Source: Nemertoderma westbladi (Eukaryota > Animalia > Xenacoelomorpha). Taken from it: DNA of 46,581 bases. Each line of letters starts with the position of its first letter. The stretch's first letter is position 1. The stretch spans positions 1 to 46,581 of the forward strand of contig JAUCBJ010007949.1 in the NCBI GenBank assembly GCA_032718475.1, in the 5' to 3' direction. The notes below the pieces were generated by a model. It had not been told where the DNA came from and did no database searches. It saw only the letters and a list, made by a program, of their open reading frames with translations. Shown piece after piece: positions 36,901 to 45,263 of this stretch. Made by a program: the position numbers and the translations under genes.

Positions 36901-39034
36901 GTGTAGGCTCCACACCTTGCGCATGAGATACTTCAGACCTAACAGGTTGACACATTGTTACAGGGGGTGGTGGTATACCCCTTTGTGTATTTACTAATTT
37001 ATCGCGTTCTAGCGCGATACTTTGCTGCACTTCTTGCAACTCAAGCCTACTTTCCCTTACTGTGCCCTTGAATTGCTGAACCGTCTCCTGCATCTGCCCG
37101 AGCAGGAGATCCATCCCCCACCGTCTCTCGTCCACCCATTCGACCGCCGAAGCGGGAGTCGCCAACGTTGTAGCGAGCGGACGAGGGACCACGGGCGACA
37201 AATCAGGAATATTTCGCTCGGGGTCCAGGACCTGAACTGTCTCCTGGGCAGTTCTACGGGGCACAGGTAGCTGAGTGCTATGCAGAGGGAATTTAGAGGT
37301 AGTTTTAGGGAGCACAGGTGTGTCTATCACCGAAGGGGTGATTTCAAGAACAGGCCTAACTATTTCAGGCTCATCTACTATAGTAGGGAGTCTTTCTATT
37401 TTAATTATTTGGTCTGTGGGCTCTGTACTACCTAAGTTGGTGTTATTTAGTTGCCTTCTAACACCTGGAGGCAAATCAGGCAATTTCTGACGGTGGAATG
37501 TTCTTTTACGTCTACTTAGACGAGATCTATTTCCTTTGCATTCAGTATCGGTGGTATCGCCTTCCTCAGATGATGTATATCCCTGTCTTTTGGGAGTAGA
37601 TCGATTCATCATCTGCATATTACTAGCTGTTAACTGTTTATTTATGCAGTCTTGATTCTCCTGAATGATTTCCAATTCTAATTGGATGGTTTCTTCAGCC
37701 GCTCTCTGTTCTGCTTCTGCCACTGCCTCTGCCGCTTTTCTTTCCGCTTCGGCCGCTACCATTGCCGCCTTTCTTTCTGCTTCTGCCGCTTTTGCCTCTG
37801 CCGCTGCCTTTGCCGCTGCCGCTTTTCTTTCTGCTTCTGCAGCTACCGCTGCTGCTTTCTTTCTGTCTTCTATGCGTTTTTTCTTTACTTGCTCTTCTTG
37901 GACTCGTGTCAGGCGGAGTTGTTCATCAAATTTAGCCTGATTCGCAGCCCTCATTTCCACATCGATGGCATCCAACACAAGCTTGGTTCCTTCACTATTA
38001 GGGCTAAGTCCCTCTAACCTTCTCCTCAACTCGTCATCACCTAAAAAACGTTGATAGTCTGACAGATAGATGTCAATGGCATCCCTCTTATGCGGTTTCT
38101 CTGCCATCGCTTCACTTTCCACTTGGGAAAAAGTAGCGTCTGTTGATTCTCCATGGGTTGAGCGCTCCTCCAGCTGAGCTTTCCACTGAGCTGTTCCTTG
38201 AACCTGGAGACTCACCCTTTGAAACCAAGTCTTTACGGCAACTTGCAACGACGTGTCTTGCCTTCGTTTAGAAGCCTCCTCAAAGGCCGATAATATTAGC
38301 CTGATTCGTAGAATTCTTTCTCTAACTTGATAAAGCAGTTGTCCCTGCTCTTGAGGTCCTTGTGATTGTTGAAACAGTTGTCCTTTTACTCGCTCCATGG
38401 AGCTGAAGAATCCCTGTGCGTATCCGGCTGCGGACCTCTTCCACACAGCTGGATCGATGGTTTCCTTGGCTACTCCCATCCGGTGTATGTCTTCCCAGGC
38501 AGCTTCTGATAAATCAAACGGGAGTCCGGGTCCGGGGAAGTTCCATTGCGACTCGACCATGGACTTCAGTTCTTCCCTTGTGTATCCAGCATAACTATCT
38601 CTAGTTGAACGCTGGCTTCTCGCCCAATCGATCTGGAGTTCTTCCACAGCGATCAATAACCTAGTGAGTACGGCTGCAGGAAGGATGAGAAGGGGATCCG
38701 AATAAACCGCATCCATCATCTTTGCTCCGCGTTCTGGTGTCAGTTCTACAGTATCCTCACTACTGGAGCTGTTGGGCCGTTGAGAAGTAAGTTCTGGGCT
38801 CGCGGGTTGTTGCTGTTCCGCTGCTTCTTGGTCCCGCTTGACCTGAGCTCGAGTGCCTATGATAGACCTACGATGTTGGACCAGCCTAGGTTCTTTTATT
38901 ACTACTGGAGGGATGACCTTCCTCACAGTGGGAGGTGAACTGAACTTACGACTAGACGGTTCTACGCCTCTATCTGAGTCGCAGATAGTTACATCTAATA
39001 AACTGTCTGACAGGTTCTGCTTAGTATCAGACAT
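30950..39034 (-). CDS. BEL/Pao gag-pol polyprotein (2694 aa)
   Basis: DUF1759-like gag (KFSGDEMKW...EKLRYL); BEL triple knuckle CALC..H..C / CYNC....H....C / CAKC...HH.LLH; protease LLDSGS; RT (RVVFDGS, DIEGMFLQV, YMDD); RNase H FGDAS; integrase HHCC, GVDLF, RSDKGTNF, WERLIRSVK; C-terminal LTPAHFL...GDMVL...GLVR. Confidence 0.97.
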   Translation of the reverse strand: MSDTKQNLSDSLLDVTICDSDRGVEPSSRKFSSPPTVRKVIPPVVIKEPRLVQHRRSIIGTRAQVKRDQEAAEQQQPASPELTSQRPNSSSSEDTVELTPERGAKMMDAVYSDPLLILPAAVLTRLLIAVEELQIDWARSQRSTRDSYAGYTREELKSMVESQWNFPGPGLPFDLSEAAWEDIHRMGVAKETIDPAVWKRSAAGYAQGFFSSMERVKGQLFQQSQGPQEQGQLLYQVRERILRIRLILSAFEEASKRRQDTSLQVAVKTWFQRVSLQVQGTAQWKAQLEERSTHGESTDATFSQVESEAMAEKPHKRDAIDIYLSDYQRFLGDDELRRRLEGLSPNSEGTKLVLDAIDVEMRAANQAKFDEQLRLTRVQEEQVKKKRIEDRKKAAAVAAEAERKAAAAKAAAEAKAAEAERKAAMVAAEAERKAAEAVAEAEQRAAEETIQLELEIIQENQDCINKQLTASNMQMMNRSTPKRQGYTSSEEGDTTDTECKGNRSRLSRRKRTFHRQKLPDLPPGVRRQLNNTNLGSTEPTDQIIKIERLPTIVDEPEIVRPVLEITPSVIDTPVLPKTTSKFPLHSTQLPVPRRTAQETVQVLDPERNIPDLSPVVPRPLATTLATPASAVEWVDERRWGMDLLLGQMQETVQQFKGTVRESRLELQEVQQSIALERDKLVNTQRGIPPPPVTMCQPVRSEVSHAQGVEPTRIYTASEVETPIVNPIKGNYRPVDNDIPYRTDHNPRNLYTDNSILNNTMAQESFTRQMARTEARQAVKVGEIVKFSGDEMKWLPFNEYYKDNIQNSVLSNGEKLRYLIECLEGSPKLMALKFIGHPDGLRQVWDTLNIRYGNRNNIAGYLYAKLVAPRKFISSGIIEFSDEIQEICRQLDWLGKSQEYQNAMVIRAVASTLPKGGVGTRWDKKVLYMMEQQRRDPTMADLMSFLDGEVKLQLLKLSREKTPENKVSEKPVSRRKVTPVCYTDDGESQTSQGEDSGKDTDRSYYVNKMPKDQVSKFKSRANDRREQVRKTPPTSPKRIPVRKPEEKASVHNMTQIKVSNIKPKCALCDGTHRLNMCDEFLKKSLTERREVMWDKRLCYNCLRQGHQRRTCYSDIRCAKCGAKHHILLHAEFDRNSPNQVSDSELHVQFSDVNDTDQSEMEGFYTDEFSDENESCYMINTAVYRALTYEKDTDSDFTLTTSERQPSWKEPSSNVGIREFPVVQVRVHGPKRSYVVNALLDSGSTGTFIDKELAEDIFAGQPKFQTKLNMSGIMQVWKSTITADYYVGELSTPQDELGEHSIRSVKMVAIKNFATTQADLYNWDEDESIQHLNIPRFQTDYPGVQILIGQNAHEALETLEKRPAQPQPLQTYAVRTRVGWYFTGPSRRTLRERLPQERVYQVSEWEDDTSEGDDLTEGTPYSSDNDDVHQLFDEENTIDLLKENEAWQNQVNLCQLLYPSEREAYNDELNDVIERCNAKTRDEHAVRFFTQEAVEPNSYDKALSVEEERAKQIQETTTRFLKDQGRYEVGLPFRKREPKFINNRPLAEKRIAQLHRRLTANSSAKAMYQTQLEKFISKGYAERVPEETPVTERTYYLTHHYVPKPGKPHEVRVVFDGSALYMGQSLNSELLPGPNLLQSLLGILLRLRQYSIAFASDIEGMFLQVKVLDRDRDSLRFLWWPEGDLNQKPVEYWMTIQAFGIISSPSNACSVVRTTAEDNREAFSKEVIDNIKRDIYMDDNLKSLPSVEEAIEVAKGTVECLKRGGFRLTKFTSNSREFLESIPAEDRGAKDLDLIKDDLPETKTLGLKWDTERDILFFQLKQRDNPVRTKRICLSILSTYFDPLGFISPVILIARSLVQQMWLENHSWDDPLKGELLKKWMKWEDSLPAIEDFIISRSYFGHVLPTYSYQLHVFGDASDMGIGIVAYLRVETPDGIKVALVTSKALINNKLKVPRAELKAALYATAIGRNVTEQIDYPLEKTVYWTDALLVLEYITNEVCQFSVFVTNRVAIILSRTTMDQWRHCPGTINPADIASRGATPKELVNTPEWLGGPDFLYKEEEEWPPHLTTAEIRQAKGAEKVKPKTRASKSKLFKPAVDLSVLFTSGEDALDQKPTAATKEVLEIRDKDWKSGIPDIAQGLSPLLQRAIRHYSSWNRLCKAVTYLKRCFHHRYSGTKTHSDDAPSTSARVHVVKDLPQYKVSDRFLKEKISYQEHDETNKQMLRLLQCYEDPDKYFLLLRNPQMRLRDRFSSTMIDGLIRVGGRLTNAPLSFDTKFPILIRNLDIQIKMIVDVHSKLYHAGRERVLSEIRTRYYFYKPRRALNQVLRNCIPCRKAFSRPLTQREAELPRERVSFYEPPFTNTGVDLFVPIEVYRARTIVKRWCVIFVCMTCRAIHLDMVNDLSTNSFVLSLRRQIARFGTSNTMRSDKGTNFIGANNEIQAYVKDWNKRQVDDQLKITASSWTFNAADAPWWGGSWERLIRSVKTAFHFIVPCRAYLTDELLRTLMEEIAAYLNERPLMPVSSSPDSLEALTPAHFLLKKPVAMLPRSEITDGDEYCRRTWQLMQLLSRRFADHFEKHYLPTLQLRTKWFAQQENVSAGDMVLIVDPDLPRKRWQTGRIIETHISSDGLVRSVELVVMRRNFKKPGIVFETQQLNRPVGRLCLLERDRELSGNYGRQETLPTTTSLIQPTSRDSPT

Positions 39035-39119
39035 GTTTATGTGTACAGTTGAATATCTACTGCTGTATTACAGTCTGAGCAAGTCTAGTAACTCAGTATT
39101 AACTGATAGCCTAGTAATT

Positions 39120-39418
39120 AATTACCGGTACTGCTACTCAGTGTAGCGTGATATATATAATATATTAGAATACCGGTATGCTTATAGTATATATAACTAT
39201 TATTACAGACTAGGTTTATCACAGAATACCGGTATAATTTTAGCACAAATATATATAAATATATAATAGGCCTATCGGGAATACCGGTATACAGCTTACA
39301 GTTTTGTAGTATATATAATTATAATTCTGGACTAGAATTAATTATAAAGTACCGGTATAATTTCAGCCTAGATTTATAGAAATAAAGATAATAGGCCTAT
39401 CGTAAATACCGGTATATC
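39120..39418. repeat. Degenerate repeats centred on palindromic TACCGGTA in the 5' UTR
   Basis: TACCGGTA recurs six times at ~48-70 bp spacing. Related GTACCGGTT repeats occur at 41100-41245. Confidence 0.75.
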
Positions 39419-40409
39419 AATTATTTTAAATAATTGAATTTCTGAATTTTAGGGTTACTTGGTTACTTTACTTACTTTATTACCGTTATTTGAGCAGTAA
39501 TCCAACTGATATTGAGACCTAATGGTTGTAGGGTAGGCCTACTATTTATAAATCGTTAGATTTGATTTATAATATATATATACCCGTTTTAATGGGTTTT
39601 GTGAATGTTTGAAATAAATGTTATTATTTCTGGGGGGTAATCACTACACAAAGCGGCACGCTTTCAGTGAAGTGTTACTTGTAGGACACTAAAACAAACA
39701 ATGCTAATTTACCTAAGTTACTTAATACTACAAATTACGTACAATTCGGGTGAGATTACAATCTCTAAATAAACACAAAAATTTACAAAAACACAAAATA
39801 CGAATTTTCAGGGTAATTTTACAAGAAGTCTACAAACCAGCCTAACAAAGGGTTAGAAATCTGGTTATTACAACGGACAGGGTACTACGGTATTTGAAAA
39901 TAATAAGTAGTAGTAAATACACTGCGTTGTCCAGATAGGAAATACCACCACCTGACGACCTATAGCCGTATCGCTATAGGTACTACGTTATGTATCACGG
40001 AGTGTTCCTACCTAGAAGTTAATAGAGCTAATCGAACGAGCCTATCAACCACTTTACAACACAAATATAATGTCTACACTAATTACTTTCGGAAAGTACT
40101 GTACACTAAACCCTAAATTAGGTACGAGTACTTGTACAACAGATAATCAGTAGTTAAATATACTTGAACAGCTAAAAGAACCACGGCATCTGCTGGAGTG
40201 ACCGGTGCACAAAATCACCAGTCTTTACCTACGCCAAGCAGCCCGTGTAGTACCGGGGTTAATTTAACTATAACGGTATGTATAACAAACACAATTATTG
40301 TAGGAACAAACTTGGGGAATGAATGTTGCGAATAATCGCATAAACTCTGAATAATAAATATTACGCTACGCGTACAAACCACTCAAACAAAATGCAGACC
40401 AAACACTGA

Positions 40410-40925
40410 CAGACTACTATCAAGCCTAAACAAACTACGGTATATGCAGACTCCGAAATGATTAGGTAGTATGCGTTCTAACCCAGTAGTACGACGTATT
40501 CTTTAGTTGGGGGTTTACCTTACAGCATTGGCTGCCCCTACTTCCTAACCGTTCTTTATCGGACAGAGGCTCTACACACACTGCAATCCGTTCAGACCTA
40601 ATAACAGCCAGACAACTATCCAGCCTACAAATTATCTAAATAAATATTATACGCTACCTGTACAGACTACACAAACAAAGTACAGACTAAACGATGGCAG
40701 ACTACTCTCAAGCCTAAATAAACTACAGGACATGCAGACTCCGAAATGATTAGGTAGTATGCGTTCTAACCCAGTAGTACGACTTATTCTTTAGTTGGGG
40801 GTTTACCTTACAGCATTGGCTGCCCCTACTTCCTAACCGTTCTTTATCGGACAGGTGATCTACACACACTGCAATCCGTTCAGACTTAACAGCAATCAGA
40901 CAACAGTTCAACCTACAAATTGTCT
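40410..40925. repeat. 288-bp-period tandem duplication in the 5' UTR
   Basis: 40410-40637 is repeated at 40698-40925 with a nearly identical core. Confidence 0.92.
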
Positions 40926-41348
40926 GCACAATCTGATCAGGCTTACACGCCTTCTGTTCAATACTGGCCTACAAATAAATAAAACTGACAGAAATAAGTA
41001 AGCTCCAAAAGAAACAAGGGGTGTACAGTCCCTAATCTCTTAAACAGCCTACCAGTATACAACAATCAAATCGAATAATACTAATGTACTTATACGGGAA
41101 GTACCGGTTAGGACAGTTAGGCCTACGGACCTACAGAAGTACCGGTTCTGGCAGTTGGACCTACGGGCCTACAGCAGTACCGGTTCTGGCAGTTGGGCCT
41201 ACTGACCTACAGATGTACCGTTCAGGTTTACCGGTTGACCGGTACTTTCAACTTTATTGCTTACTGCAATAAAGAAGCAATATCCGTTATTGTTCTTACC
41301 AGAACAATATTAAACTGTATTTAATGCCTACACTGCAATACAGACTAG

Positions 41349-41359
41349 ATATCCGTTAT
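41349..41359 (-). other. Non-tRNA primer-binding site (candidate self-priming PBS) ATAACGGATAT
   Basis: Directly abuts the 5' LTR, lacks TGG, and is the exact complement of minus-strand LTR sequence ATATCCGTTAT at 42100-42110. Confidence 0.65.
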
Positions 41360-42548
41360 TGATCGCGCTTTTAGACCTTTGGCAGTTTAACCCGCCAAAT
41401 TAGGATGTCTTCTAGATAATAAATCACTTTTAGCCTATGACAAGTATTTAATTCACTACACTAGTCGAAACCAATCTGTGCGCGATCATTCACCCGCTGG
41501 ATATACCCGGGAGATTGGGTTCGACGGCTTAATCGTATTGCTATGTAAGCCTAATGTATTATTCGACTGACAGTATTATATAATCTCTGACAATATTATT
41601 CACCTTCGGGGAATATTAACAGTTCCTTTAGGACGTGGCGCTCTATCTATATAAACAGAGTTACGACTTAAACTACTCACAACGATATGGCTTAGTTATA
41701 ATTCACATATATGGCGCATTCTTAGGAAATGCTTCGTTATCAGTCTCACTCATACACAATGCTGCACAATACTGCACACTGATCTGCCGATCTTCACTGA
41801 TTTTAGTTATATATAAAAGGAACACGGACTGACTCATGTAGGGTCTATCAAATAACATTAGATTCACTTCAAACCACTTTAACATAAGTCACAATCGTTA
41901 TATGTAACCTTTCTCTCTTACCTTCGGTATATCAAGAATATTGGGTTTTCGGGGTTATTTATCGTTATTCCAAATATAATAATTCATCAACCATATTATG
42001 AAGAACTGACAGTAAATAGCAGTATAACAATATAAACGTATGCACAGGTATGTGGTACATGCAGATCATCAGTTATGTTTGCAATGTTGTTTTGGTTTGA
42101 TAACGGATATATGTCCTTATAATTAAGCCTACTAGTGTTAGACTAAAACAGAAAAGCACAAAATATTTCCAAGCCGTTCTCTCCTGGCTCAGGACAGAAA
42201 GACCAACAACACTGAAAACTGATAAGAATAACCTTATTTACAAAAGCTTCCACCCACCACAGAGAAAGAGCATACAGATAGGAAAATTCAGTTCAGTAGA
42301 TCTGTGATAGGTCGAAATCAAAATCAACTCAAATCCTATTGGCAGATACAGAAAGCAGGGCTGTGGGGCAACTTTCCCAAGCTGGTTGGACAATCAAACG
42401 TAGCCCAGATCCCTTCGCACAGCGAATCAGCCAATCAGCCGGTAGCTTGCGCTATTCGAGTTATAGATCCCTTTTTAGAGTATTCCAGCGCCTGGGGGGA
42501 ACTGGTTAGCAAGGCAAACGAATCAGTTATCCCACAAAAGCTTTTACA
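41360..42548 (-). repeat. 5' LTR (1189 bp)
   Basis: Direct repeat of 23798-24987. Confidence 0.97.
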
Positions 42549-43018
42549 CTCTCATTGTCTTCTTTGTTTTTATTGGCTTGTTTGTTTTGGGCTTGTTTTG
42601 TTCACCGATCATTGTGCTGTGGCTGTCCGATCCTCTGCTACTTTCCCTCAATTTGTACTGTGGTTGGTGCCGTTAACAACATAGTTTATTGTTTTGGTTA
42701 GAATGCTGCCGCTGTAACCTGCTCCTTTCCTTAAATTGGTAGGTAACAACAGCGTTTATTGATTCCCACATTCACATTCCCATCCACCTTCCCACATTTC
42801 CATCCAGCAAACCTAAAACAATAATAAAGTTGTGAAATAATTGTTGAACTGTATCAAAATCTAATTAATACATTATGACAATGTAGGGCCTACTGTATAA
42901 TAATTTCAGATCAGACAGTCTGATTCATAATGTAGATCTACAAAACTTCTATACATTGACCTGACTGCCTGACTGCGCCTGACACTCGCTAATACAAAAT
43001 GTTCACTTCTTGGTGCTC

Positions 43019-43283
43019 TTTTGTGGTCTTTTGCATTCTTTTGCTGTCTTTTGCGGTCTTTTGCTGTCTTTTGTGGTCTTTTGCGGTCTTTTGCGGTAAT
43101 TTGTCTTGCAGTATATCCATGCCTTCTCTGTTCTTTTGTGGTCTTTTGCAGTCTTTTACGGTCTTTTGTGGTTTTTTGCGGTCTTTTGTGGTTTATTGCG
43201 GTCTTTTGTGGTCTTTTGCGGTCTTTTGCGGTCTTTTGCGGTCTTTTGCGGTCTTTTTTGGTCTTTTGCGGTCTTTTGCGGTA
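43019..43283. repeat. 10-bp periodic repeat (TTTTGCGGTC)n in right TIR
   Basis: Reverse complement of 15427-15690. Confidence 0.95.
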
Positions 43284-44024
43284 ATTCGTAGGACCCGTAT
43301 ATGGCATAATAAGTAAATAAAATTTAAAAAAAATTAAATATGCAATAAAAATACGCAATAATTTTTATCAAAATATGTAATAAATTGTAGAGTAAAATTC
43401 AGTACGGTACATAAATCAGACAATTAATAGTTCAGTATACATTATTCATATTTAGTACTCTAGATCGAAACATTAATTAAAATATGGATCAAAGTGTATT
43501 ATATTATTACAGTAAAAATAAATCATTCATCACAATCTTGTATGGCGGCTTGAGTTTATTAGTTTTAAATTATGCCAACACATTTAATATTTAATCAATA
43601 ATAATAATGATAGATAGGCCTAATTAATTAACGTTGGAGTAGATATGGACGGTATTCATGGTGTTTTTCCAGGAACCAGTGCATTGAGCAGATAAATCAA
43701 TAGGTGTGTTTTGGTTTTGGGATTATTATTTTTTGTGATTTGGTTTGTGGTTTTTACTCAAATACCGGTACTTCAGATTTGTGATTCTTGAACATTAAGC
43801 AGTTATTCAGGCAGTCAGGCCTAGGCATATAGGCCTATTACAGTATTACCTGACAGCCTGATTACATATTACAGTACTGCAACTGCAGTATGCCTATTAC
43901 AGTATTAGGTTGGCGAAAGTTTACAAATATAGCTTTAGCTTGACAGCTTGATAGGCCTATAAATTCTCCTTTCTGGGACTTGATGTTGACCATTGACTGC
44001 AGCTGCCGGTATAACCGGTACAGG

Positions 44025-44566
44025 CAGTCGGGGAGAAGTTATATTTTCAACTGAGTTGAAATTTCAACTTTATTTTTTAAAATTCAACTTTTTATTAAAA
44101 TTCAACTTTTGGAGTAGAGTTTAAAATTCGACTTTTTTTAAAAATTCAACTTTTGGAGTAGCTTTCGAAATACTGAAATATGGAATTGGAATCCATTACT
44201 GGCTGACTGGTATTCCATTGTATATTAATTATGACATTCAGCGGTAATTAAATAGGGCCTACATCCTGACATCTAATAAATTCCCATAGTATTTAAGCTA
44301 ATTTGTAAATGTAATCACTTAAAATGTTTTAAAAAAAGTGTTCCCGACGGTGAAAGTTTTTATTCCATCGGTAATGAGCTGATGAGGGTTAATTTTTCGA
44401 GTTACATCCATAAAAACAATAAAAACACTCATTCTGTCACGTCTTGCTCTTGGGGGCCTTCTGCGCCTCCTGCCATTTTAGAGTTGAATTTACAACTTAA
44501 AAGTTGAATTTTAAAAAAAAAGTTTTAAATTTGAACTCAGTTGAAATTTGAACTTCTCCCCGACTG
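44025..44566. mobile_element. MITE with 16-bp TIRs and 5-bp TSD (hAT5-like)
   Basis: CAGTCGGGGAGAAGTT / AACTTCTCCCCGACTG ends; ACAGG on both sides (44020-44024 and 44567-44571); subterminal TTCAACT / AGTTGAA repeats. Confidence 0.85.
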
Positions 44567-44832
44567 ACAGGCAGACAGGTAAGACTGTTGAAAGACACAC
44601 TTAACGGTTAGACTTATTTGTGAAGCCAGCCCAGAGTTTAAATTGTGATGAGGCTGGTCTCAGCACTGACTGGCTCTTATCACGTGTGGCTAAGTTACAC
44701 GAATAGTTCCCAAAACAGCAAAAGGCACTTTGATAATAAGTGAATTGTTGTGGGGTGAGTGACGCGGTGAATTAAATATATAATGTAAATAGGACAATAT
44801 GATAATGCTCTCCATAGCGAAAAATATCAACC

Positions 44833-44916
44833 GACCCTGTTGGGGCTCGAACCCGGTACCTAGGTTTCAAACTTCTGGTTATCATCAGCCGGGTGAGTGT
44901 ACTGAGCTACCAGGCC
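44833..44916 (-). promoter_or_regulatory. tRNA-like Pol III internal promoter (A and B box) enclosing the hammerhead; present in every unit
   Basis: GGCCTGG-TAGCTCAGT (A-box-like) ... GGTTCGAGCCC (B-box-like) ... CAGGGTC, which pairs 6/7 (two G-U) with GGCCTGG like an acceptor stem. Confidence 0.65.
44851..44894 (-). ncRNA. Type I hammerhead ribozyme motif, copy 1
   Basis: ACCCGG-CTGATGA-TAACCAGAAGTTT-GAAA-CCTAGG-TA^-CCGGGT: both core boxes, 6-bp stem I, palindromic stem III and a GUA cleavage triplet. Confidence 0.8.
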
Positions 44917-45219
44917 GGATGAATATTTCGTTATGGAGTGGAAGATCATATTAAGGCCATACAATCACTCAAAGTAAAGTACAACTTCCGTTATTCCCGT
45001 GCTCTGCCAGAAATGGCAACCATGCCTCAAAGAATAACTATTATACAGTGTTGTAGAAACCACTGTAACCCCGTATGCCTGGCCCAGGCTGTTAGTTAAT
45101 GATAATAAGTGAATTGTTGTGGGGTGAGTGACGCGGTGAATTAAATATATAATGTAAATAGGACAATATGATAATGCTCTCCATAGCGAAAAATATCAAC
45201 CGACCCTGTTGGGGCTCGA

Positions 45220-45263
45220 ACCCGGTACCTAGGTTTCAAACTTCTGGTTATCATCAGCCGGGT
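45220..45263 (-). ncRNA. Type I hammerhead ribozyme motif, copy 2
   Basis: Identical to copy 1 (+369). Confidence 0.8.

Larger units (their letters stand above)
23798..42548 (-). mobile_element. Full-length BEL/Pao LTR retrotransposon with extra ORFs (18,751 bp)
   Basis: Two TG...CA LTRs, 5-bp TSD CTCTC (23793-23797 and 42549-42553), and an intact gag-pol ORF with BEL/Pao signatures. Confidence 0.97.
15414..43296. mobile_element. Non-autonomous Mutator/Foldback-type DNA transposon (~9.1 kb without the nested LTR element)
   Basis: Left TIR 15414-16865; right TIR 23145-23797 plus 42554-43296. Ends are GGTCCTACGAATT / AATTCGTAGGACCC. Perfect 9-bp TSD GTATATGGC at 15405-15413 and 43297-43305. 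Subterminal 10-bp repeats; no transposase ORF seen. Confidence 0.88.

Noticed and set aside
31323-39146. Short antisense and alternative-frame ORFs inside gag-pol (e.g. 33525-34130)
   Set aside because: Shadows of the long ORF with no independent motifs.
41285-41305. TGGTAAGAAC as a tRNA PBS
   Set aside because: About 58 nt from the LTR edge, sits in a hairpin loop, and I do not recognise it as a tRNA 3' complement.
44379-44400. CTGATGAG as another hammerhead core
   Set aside because: No correctly placed GAAA box or supporting stems.
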